From Promethearchaeia archaeon (lineage in GTDB: Archaea > Asgardarchaeota > Lokiarchaeia > Sigyniarchaeales > SOKP01), in NCBI GenBank assembly GCA_029856155.1, contig JAHQWL010000100.1:1-13875 (forward strand): a stretch of DNA of 13,875 nucleotides. Direction: 5' to 3'. A program made the translations under genes and the position numbers. Positions 7,787-13,875 of this stretch are shown here, in pieces. The first letter of the stretch is position 1, and each line of letters starts with the position of its first letter. The notes under the pieces were generated by a model. The model worked only from the letters and a program-made list of their open reading frames with translations, had not been told where the DNA came from and searched no databases.

Positions 7787-8279
7787 ATCAATTATGCTGG
7801 ATACAACATATGTATTACCCCTTTTTGGTATTAAAATAAACCTTTCGGAAAACTTTCGAGAAGAGATAAGTCAACTCTGGAAAAACGGAATAAAAGATTA
7901 TGACATATATCTTCCATCAACATGTCTTATAGAAACTGTTTATAAATTACTTTATGAATATAGAAAAAGGGACGATTTGAGCATCTTAGAAAGATATCAT
8001 CTGATTCTCCCAACAATTCTTAATTCATCAATACAAATATATAATCCAGAATTAGACATAAAAGCTAGTGCAATAGCTTCAATCATTAGGAATTCGGGTC
8101 ATTTGGATTATATGGATTGTTGGATCGCGGGATCTGCAGTTGCTTTAAATTCGATCCTTTTAACCGAAGATAAAGAATTAGAAAAAATCCTTAAGATAAT
8201 CCCAGAAACTAAATCACTAAATGTAAGATCATGGAAAAAATTCATTACAAAAATCTTTAATGAGCATAAATTATCATAA
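7773..8279 (+). CDS. vapC: PIN-domain toxin (VapC family)
   Basis: MLDTTY, CLIET, DYMDCWIAGSA and LLTEDKEL carry the PIN catalytic acidic residues. Confidence 0.87.
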   Translation: MKNIKSIMLDTTYVLPLFGIKINLSENFREEISQLWKNGIKDYDIYLPSTCLIETVYKLLYEYRKRDDLSILERYHLILPTILNSSIQIYNPELDIKASAIASIIRNSGHLDYMDCWIAGSAVALNSILLTEDKELEKILKIIPETKSLNVRSWKKFITKIFNEHKLS

Positions 8280-8298
8280 ACTCCCAATATGAGTAAGA

Positions 8299-8617
8299 AT
8301 GAAAAAAGAGACCATAGATGAGCTTGATCGTATAGTGGAATTACTTGCTATAGATAGAATTACAATTGTAAGAAAAATAATTAGTACCGGAATTAAACAA
8401 CAAAAAATACAAGTAACCCTTGATTTATATCAAAAAGGAGATACATTGGAGCGAGCGACAAATTTATCTGATGCTTCGTTATGGGATCTCTTTGAAGAAT
8501 TTAAAAAATTGAGGTATAACATCTAAATTTGATATTGAAAAAGAGAAAGACACATATATTCGTATTTTTAGGAAAGATAATAAGGATTTATTTAAAAAAA
8601 TAAGAGATATTCAATAA
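8299..8617 (+). pseudogene. UPF0175-like HTH putative antitoxin, probably frameshifted near 8510
   Basis: RHH-like N-terminus plus LDLYQKGDTLERATNLSDASLWDLFEEFKK. A shifted frame continues GITSKFDIEKEK...RDIQ to TAA 8617, restoring the family-typical ...KxGI tail. No downstream toxin follows. Confidence 0.55.
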
Positions 8618-8707
8618 ATTTCTTCTATCCATTTGATTTAGTATCAAATTTAATGTGGAGAATAATCCTAAATAAAAAAAGGCTGTATGAAAAGATCTGA
8701 AATTTTA

Positions 8708-8808
8708 TCACTCAGGGATAATAATTGAATGATCTTCTTTTATTCGGTCCAAAACTATTTCAGTCTTAACTTCTTCAACTCTAGAAAAATCTTCTCAATC
8801 TTGTTTTT
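8708..8808 (-). repeat. R5: copy of the lrp 3' end plus a second, more upstream lrp segment
   Basis: 8708-8779 encodes VEEVKTEIVLDRIKEDHSIIIPE-TGA, identical in protein to lrp with 8 synonymous differences in 23 codons. 8789-8808 matches lrp 9962-9981 at 19 of 20 positions. Confidence 0.93.
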
Positions 8809-8929
8809 AATATTCTTTTCCCACCTCATATAAAGAACAGTCGAAATCTATTGAAAAATATTGATGATTCTCTCCTATTTTAAAGTAAAAATTATATAAT
8901 TTAGATATTATATATATTGTAGAGATAAT

Positions 8930-9172
8930 ATGACAGAAATAAAACTTAAAATTCCTGAAGCTTTACACGAAAAAATGAAAAAACACCCAGAGATTAGATG
9001 GGAAACCATTGCCCAATCAGCTTTAGAACGTTATGTCGAAAAAATTGAATTCACTGAAAAGATTGCATCAACTAGCAAATTAACTATTGATGACGTTGAG
9101 GATATAAGTAATGAAATTACTAAAAGAAGTTGGCAAAAACATAAAGAATATCTTGAAAAATTAAAAAAATGA
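8930..9172 (+). CDS. Ribbon-helix-helix antitoxin (archaeal VapB-like)
   Basis: IKLKIPEALHEKMKKHPEIRWETIAQSALERY fits the archaeal RHH 'EIxWS' type. It has an ATGA overlap with the PIN gene. Confidence 0.8.
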   Translation: MTEIKLKIPEALHEKMKKHPEIRWETIAQSALERYVEKIEFTEKIASTSKLTIDDVEDISNEITKRSWQKHKEYLEKLKK

Positions 9173-9630
9173 AGCTTATCATTGATACTAATGTATTAAT
9201 CTCTAGCTTATTGAAAGATTCAACTACTAGACAGCTACTTCTTAATGAGTCATTTGAATTTTATCTACCTGAAATCGTTATAATTGAGCTAAAGAAATAT
9301 CTTATATACATAATTCAAAAATCAGGAATAACTGAAGATGAGATAAAAAATCTTCTAAATGCGCTGCTTGAAAATTTAAAATTAGTGCCTTTTGATGAAT
9401 ATGAAGATCAAATGGATGAGGCAATGGAGATCATGGGTAAAATAGATGAAAAGGATACACAGTTTATAGCTTTAGCATTATCAATTAAAAATGATGGAAT
9501 ATGGTCTAATGATAAACATTTTGATGAGCAAACAAAAATCCAAGTCTATAAAACCATTGATATCATTAATCTCTTGGAGAAAAAGTCGAAAAGTCAGGAT
9601 GATGAAAAGCAAGATAATAAAAAGTTATGA
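9169..9630 (+). CDS. vapC: PIN-domain toxin (VapC family)
   Basis: LIIDTNVLISSLL, VIIEL, DEKDTQFIALAL and IWSNDKHF motifs. Confidence 0.92.
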   Translation: MKLIIDTNVLISSLLKDSTTRQLLLNESFEFYLPEIVIIELKKYLIYIIQKSGITEDEIKNLLNALLENLKLVPFDEYEDQMDEAMEIMGKIDEKDTQFIALALSIKNDGIWSNDKHFDEQTKIQVYKTIDIINLLEKKSKSQDDEKQDNKKL

Positions 9631-9771
9631 TTCTAAAAAATTTCTCTTAATTTAATACTAAAATAATTTATATGGTTTTTAGTTAAGTAAAATGCTTTTT
9701 GTCTTAATTTATGTTAAGTAGAATATTATTCAATCGTTTTTTCTTTTTTAGAAGAACAATAATCTGGAAAA

Positions 9772-10239
9772 TTACTCAGGAATTATAATTGAATGATCTT
9801 CTTTTATTCGGTCTAAGACAATCTCAGTTTTAACTTCCTCAACTCCGGGAAGGTTGCGGAGTGTTTCAATAAGACCCATAGAATCTTGATGGTTTAAACA
9901 TTTTGCCATAATAAATAAAGGATATTCTCCAGTAACTACATAAGCATATTTTATCTTTTCCATCTTCTCAATCTCGTTTTTGACACCCTCTAATGGATTT
10001 GTAGCATTTAATCTTAGAGATGCCATTACCATTTCTCGATATCCTAATAGGCGACAATCAATTAATGCAACATACTTTTTAATCAAATCTTTCTCAAGTC
10101 GTTGAATACGCGCTCTTATAGCAGTAGCACTCTTATTTGTTTGGTGCGCAATTTCTCTAATAGTTAATTTTGCATCATCTTGTAATAACTCAAGAATTTG
10201 TCGATCTATATCATCAAGAGTTCCATTTGTTGATACCAT
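9772..10239 (-). CDS. lrp: Lrp/AsnC family transcriptional regulator (target gene of the cassette array)
   Basis: LDDIDRQILELLQDDAKLTIREIA...RARIQRLE HTH and a C-terminal RAM domain (VTGEYP...LPGVEEVKTEIVL). Confidence 0.95.
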   Translation of the reverse strand: MVSTNGTLDDIDRQILELLQDDAKLTIREIAHQTNKSATAIRARIQRLEKDLIKKYVALIDCRLLGYREMVMASLRLNATNPLEGVKNEIEKMEKIKYAYVVTGEYPLFIMAKCLNHQDSMGLIETLRNLPGVEEVKTEIVLDRIKEDHSIIIPE

Positions 10240-10541
10240 AAAATCAATCCCGTTGGTAATTTTTCAAGGTCTATTATAACTGTTTATAATTTATTAGTTT
10301 CTTACTTTCATTAAAAAGTAATATGTTCTATTTTTAATATAGTAGTTTTGATTTATAATTTTTTTTACTACAAACTTATGATCATATAGTTTTATTTGTT
10401 AATAAATGATATGATTATAGAAAAAAAAACTATTATTTAAATAGTATATTATATTTTTGATCTATAATGAATATGATTCATAATCTAAAATGATATAATA
10501 ACAAAAAAAAATAAATAAAAAAACTAAAAAAAGTGAAAAAA
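10240..10541. promoter_or_regulatory. AT-rich divergent promoter region between lrp and tusA, with a candidate operator ATGAAT-N3-ATTCAT at 10467-10481
   Basis: About 300 bp of very AT-rich DNA between divergent starts, with TATA-like tracts and a 15-bp semi-palindrome. Lrp binding is inference only. Confidence 0.45.
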
Positions 10542-10766
10542 ATGGCTGTTAAAACATATAATTATACTGGCTTAAAATGCCCGATGCCAGTTTTGAAAAC
10601 AAAAAAGGAATTAAGAAATTTGGCTTCTGGAGAGGTTATAGAAGTAATCGCAGATGATGTAGGGGCTAAAAAAGACATTCCAGCGCTTCTCAATAAAAGT
10701 GGTGACGAATTAGTAGAACTTAGAGAAGATAATGGAAATTTAATTTTTGTCATTAAGAAAGCTTAA
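10542..10766 (+). CDS. tusA: Sulfur carrier TusA/SirA family
   Basis: GLKCPMPVLKTKKEL (CPxP motif) and GEVIEVIADD...DIP. The ATG at 10542 is preferred over the GTG at 10533. Confidence 0.93.
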   Translation: MAVKTYNYTGLKCPMPVLKTKKELRNLASGEVIEVIADDVGAKKDIPALLNKSGDELVELREDNGNLIFVIKKA

Positions 10767-10795
10767 AACGCATTATACGGAGCAAAGATATTAAA

Positions 10796-11164
10796 ATGTC
10801 TAAATATGTTTTCTTTATTAGCACGGAACCTTACAAATATCAGGCTGTAGATTCTCTTATAGAAATAGGTAAAGCTGCAATAAGAAAGGGGCACGAGATA
10901 GCGTGTATATTCTTCTTTGGGACTGGTGTTTATAATCTTAAAAAGGAGATTAGCTGTGGAACGACCATAAGAAATATCCCAGAGAAAATTGAGAAATTTT
11001 CCAATGAGAACAAAATTCCAGTATCAGGATGTAGTACATGGGTTAGTATAACAGGGCTTAAAGAACCAGAATTCATTGAAGGTGCATCTGAAGAAGGTTT
11101 AGGGGATTTTTCTAACTGGGTAATTGATGCAGATAAATTAATTGTATTTGGAGCTGGAGGTTAA
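10796..11164 (+). CDS. dsrE: DsrE/TusD-family sulfurtransferase subunit
   Basis: EPY...AAIRKGHEI..IFFFGTGV, a putative active-site Cys in GCSTW, and GLGDFS...ADKLIVF. Confidence 0.8.
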   Translation: MSKYVFFISTEPYKYQAVDSLIEIGKAAIRKGHEIACIFFFGTGVYNLKKEISCGTTIRNIPEKIEKFSNENKIPVSGCSTWVSITGLKEPEFIEGASEEGLGDFSNWVIDADKLIVFGAGG

Positions 11165-11169
11165 GAATT

Positions 11170-11538
11170 ATGGTAGAATCTGTGGTAATAATAAGCGATC
11201 AATCACCAATTGGCAGAAATTCGGCAGTTGAGGCCATTAGAATTGGTTCAGGATTTACTGCTCTTGGAGAATTTATTGACTGCAAAATTGTATTCATGGG
11301 TGATGCTGTGTATTTATTCAATAAGAATTGCAACCCTGAAGCTGTAGGAATGGATCCTCTGGCAGAAGTATTGGAAATGGCTGATTTATCTGATTTAGAA
11401 GTATATATTATTGAATCTGCTTTAACTGATGCGGGATTTACTAAAGCTGACATGATTGACTATGAAAATTTGAAAATCATTGGATATGATGAATTAACAG
11501 ATTTAATTGCTAATGCAGATACGTGTTTTAGATATTAA
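11170..11538 (+). CDS. dsrF: DsrF/TusC-family subunit
   Basis: SPIG...EAIR, VFMGDAVY and a C-terminal LIANAD..F motif. It lies between dsrE-like and dsrH-like genes. Confidence 0.75.
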   Translation: MVESVVIISDQSPIGRNSAVEAIRIGSGFTALGEFIDCKIVFMGDAVYLFNKNCNPEAVGMDPLAEVLEMADLSDLEVYIIESALTDAGFTKADMIDYENLKIIGYDELTDLIANADTCFRY

Positions 11539-11554
11539 GAGGGGATAAAAAAAG

Positions 11555-11896
11555 ATGTCAGAAAATCTTGATATGATATATTTGTTTGGATTTAGTGGAT
11601 TAACGGGGACTCAATTACAGAGGTTATTACCTATTTTGAAAAGTCAAATTAAAAAAAATACCAAGCTTGGATTAGTTTTAATTCACGATGGCGTAATAGG
11701 CATAACAACAAAGGGAAAGATACAAAAAGAAATGGAAGAACTCCTCAGTTTAGATGTAGTTCTATTTGCTATGAGATCAGACATGAAAGCTCGAGGTATA
11801 GCTCTAAAATACATACATGACAAAATTAAATCTATAGAATATGATGATCTAATAGATGTTATTGATGCTACGCCAAAAGTAATATCTTGGATGTAG
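11555..11896 (+). CDS. dsrH: DsrH/TusB-family subunit
   Basis: LVLIHDGV, DMKARGI and IEYDDLID...VISW are DsrH signatures. Confidence 0.85.
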   Translation: MSENLDMIYLFGFSGLTGTQLQRLLPILKSQIKKNTKLGLVLIHDGVIGITTKGKIQKEMEELLSLDVVLFAMRSDMKARGIALKYIHDKIKSIEYDDLIDVIDATPKVISWM

Positions 11897-12017
11897 TAAG
11901 ACGAGAAAATCAAAGTCAAAAAATTTTTTGATAAGTTCTGGGTAAAACCAGAAAATTTAAAGTTTTAAACAAAAAAAAGGAAATTTCCAAAAAAAAAAAC
12001 AAAAAAAGGTGGTATAT

Positions 12018-12443
12018 ATGGCAGAAGATGCTGAAACAATAAATTTTATTGTAAAGGACAAATCATTCGAAAAGTTCGCAATGATGATGATCCTTGGAAC
12101 AACAGGTGATGCTATGGATACTAAAATGAATTTTTTCTTTACTTTTTGGGGGTTAAATCTTCTAACTAAGAAGTTTAAACCAAAAGTTGCAGGAATGCCT
12201 ACTCCTATGAAAGGTATGGGAGCTAAGATATTCTTAAAAAGAATGAAAAAATTTGGTATTGAAGATCCATGGGCAATGATTAAGGAAGCTGTCGATAACG
12301 GAAATATGAAATTATATCCATGTCAAATGACAATGGAATTAATGGGGATTAAGAGAGAAGATTTACTTGATTGGGTTGAAGATCCTGTTGGTGCCGCTTC
12401 ATTTTTAGAAATGAGCAATGGTGGCAGAATAGTTTCATTATAA
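12018..12443 (+). CDS. DsrE2 (DrsE_2) family sulfur carrier-like protein
   Basis: FFFTFWGL, PCQMTMELMG and VGAASFL are DsrE2-family motifs. The ATG at 12018 follows AGGTGG. Confidence 0.88.
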   Translation: MAEDAETINFIVKDKSFEKFAMMMILGTTGDAMDTKMNFFFTFWGLNLLTKKFKPKVAGMPTPMKGMGAKIFLKRMKKFGIEDPWAMIKEAVDNGNMKLYPCQMTMELMGIKREDLLDWVEDPVGAASFLEMSNGGRIVSL

Positions 12444-12501
12444 TTTAAAAATTAATAAAAAAAATTTTTTTTATCTTTTAAACAAAATAAAGTGATGATT
12501 A

Positions 12502-13059
12502 ATGTCTGATGTAAAAGAAGAACACCGTGAGTATAAAACGGATGAAGATTTTGATCAGGATTTTTTTAAGAATATCGAAAGAAAATCAAATATCTGGCAG
12601 TGCATCCAATGTGGCACATGTACAGCAAGTTGTGAAAGTGGAAGATGGACTGCTCTAAAGACTCGTTCAATTATAAGAAAAGTTGTCTTAGGAGATCTAT
12701 CGGTATTAAAGGATCCTGATATTTGGTTATGTACAACGTGTTATCAATGTTATGAGCGATGTCCGCGTGATGTAAGACCTACAGACGTAATAATGGAGCT
12801 GAGAAATTATGCTACAAAATTAGGAAATATTTCTCCTAATCATAGAGCTGTTGTAGGATACTTGAAGAATTTTGGACATGCTGTACCTATAAATGATGAA
12901 GTAAGGAAACGAAGAGTTGAATTAGGATTAGAAGAATTACCCCCTACTGCATTTAAATTTAAGCAAGAGGGGGATGATAAAAATTTAAAGAATATTGAAG
13001 AAAATATGTTTGATTTACCTCCAGTAAAGGAGGATAAAAAAGAAGAGGAGGAGGCATAA
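12502..13059 (+). CDS. hdrC: Heterodisulfide reductase subunit C
   Basis: Two 4Fe-4S motifs, CIQCGTCTASC and IWLCTTCYQCYERCPR, plus GHAVPIN...R..LGL. Confidence 0.93.
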   Translation: MSDVKEEHREYKTDEDFDQDFFKNIERKSNIWQCIQCGTCTASCESGRWTALKTRSIIRKVVLGDLSVLKDPDIWLCTTCYQCYERCPRDVRPTDVIMELRNYATKLGNISPNHRAVVGYLKNFGHAVPINDEVRKRRVELGLEELPPTAFKFKQEGDDKNLKNIEENMFDLPPVKEDKKEEEEA

Positions 13060-13061
13060 AA

Positions 13062-13875
13062 ATGGTTAAAGAAAACACATTTGCTTTTTTTTTAGGGTGT
13101 ATTATGCCTAATCGATACCCTGCGATTGAAAAATCGACAAAATTTGTAATGGATAAACTAGGATATAAAATTTTAGACATGGAAAGAGCAACTTGTTGTC
13201 CAGCACCAGGAGTTTTCCGTTCCTTTAATAAATTTGATTGGATGGTTGCTGCAGCAAGAAATCTATGTATTGCAGAACAGTTAGATGCAGACATTTTGAC
13301 CGTTTGCAATGGATGTTTTGGTACACTCCAAGAAGTAAATAAACATCTTAAACAAAACGAAGAACACCGTGAATTGGTAAATGAGAAACTAAAGCTACTC
13401 GGAGATTATGAATTTAAAGGTACTATTAATGTACGCCATGTAGCTGAAGTTTTAGGTTATGAAATTGGACCCTGGGGAATTGAAGATCATCTAGTAAGAA
13501 AAGTAAATGTTAAAGCGGCGATTCATTATGGGTGTCATTTTTTAAAACCAACGAGAATTAGAGAAATTGAAAGTTCTGAAGGTCCAACGATTATTGAAGA
13601 TTTTGTTGAAGTATTAGGAGTTGAATCGGTACGGTTTAAAGAGCAGCTTACATGCTGTGGTGCGGGTGGTGGTGTAAAAGCATACTCTGGTGATGCGAGC
13701 ATGACAATTTTTGGTGAGAAAATGAAAAATATCGATGAGGTAAAACCAGATATAATATTAGATATCTGTCCATTTTGTCATTTACAATTTGAGACAGGAC
13801 AAGATTATTTAAATAAAAATAAAAGCTGTAATTATGATTATCCTGTAATTCATATCTCCCAGCTTGTTGCCTATT
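13062..13875 (+). CDS. hdrB: Heterodisulfide reductase subunit B (3'-truncated by window edge; absent from the ORF track)
   Basis: Manual translation gives MVKENTFAFFLGCIMPNRYPAIEKS...TCCPAPG...CNGCFG...HYGCHFLKP...CCGAGGG...CPFCHLQF..., two CCG domains, open to the window end. Confidence 0.95.
   Translation, partial: MVKENTFAFFLGCIMPNRYPAIEKSTKFVMDKLGYKILDMERATCCPAPGVFRSFNKFDWMVAAARNLCIAEQLDADILTVCNGCFGTLQEVNKHLKQNEEHRELVNEKLKLLGDYEFKGTINVRHVAEVLGYEIGPWGIEDHLVRKVNVKAAIHYGCHFLKPTRIREIESSEGPTIIEDFVEVLGVESVRFKEQLTCCGAGGGVKAYSGDASMTIFGEKMKNIDEVKPDIILDICPFCHLQFETGQDYLNKNKSCNYDYPVIHISQLVAY

Noticed and set aside
9700-9724. TTATGTTAAGT resembles a XerD/dif arm
   Set aside because: No convincing partner arm at 6-bp spacing, and it does not recur at the other cassette boundaries.
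1812-9807. lrp-tail repeats as a CRISPR array, classical integron attC sites or DGR template/variable repeats
   Set aside because: Spacing is kilobase-scale and gene-containing. No attC-type RYYYAAC/GTTRRRY hairpins or intI were recognised, and cassette genes lie on both strands. Differences are at synonymous codon positions rather than adenine-specific, and there is no reverse transcriptase.
11916-12007. Short palindromes and poly-A tracts between dsrH and dsrE2
   Set aside because: Low-complexity A/T-rich intergenic DNA. No specific function can be supported.
10562-13309. Minus-strand ORFs 10562-10753, 11199-11453, 11683-11919 and 12959-13309
   Set aside because: Antisense to well-supported tusA, dsrF, dsrH and hdrC/hdrB genes.

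Overview
Low-GC archaeal DNA, most likely Asgard/Lokiarchaeia (inferred from a Rab-like small GTPase, a TPR-longin protein and an archaeal-type HdrCB). The right part (9772-13875) looks like core genome: an Lrp/AsnC regulator divergent from tusA-dsrE-dsrF-dsrH-dsrE2-hdrC-hdrB (hdrB runs off the window and is missing from the ORF track). The left end holds a 5'-truncated TPR-longin gene and a Rab-like GTPase. Between them (1812-9771) is an 8-kb accessory array. Five directly oriented copies of the lrp 3' end (R1 1812, R2 2799, R3 5095, R4 5792, R5 8708) divide it into five cassettes, and each cassette carries exactly one complete toxin-antitoxin pair (VapBC, HEPN/MNT, ParE-type, AbrB-VapC, VapBC), with extra cargo in two. 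The best-preserved copies differ from the resident gene almost only at synonymous sites and share an invariant, imperfectly palindromic 23-bp core. This suggests repeated integration of foreign cassettes into the tail of a protein-coding gene. No integrase is present in the window. All alignments and counts were done by eye.
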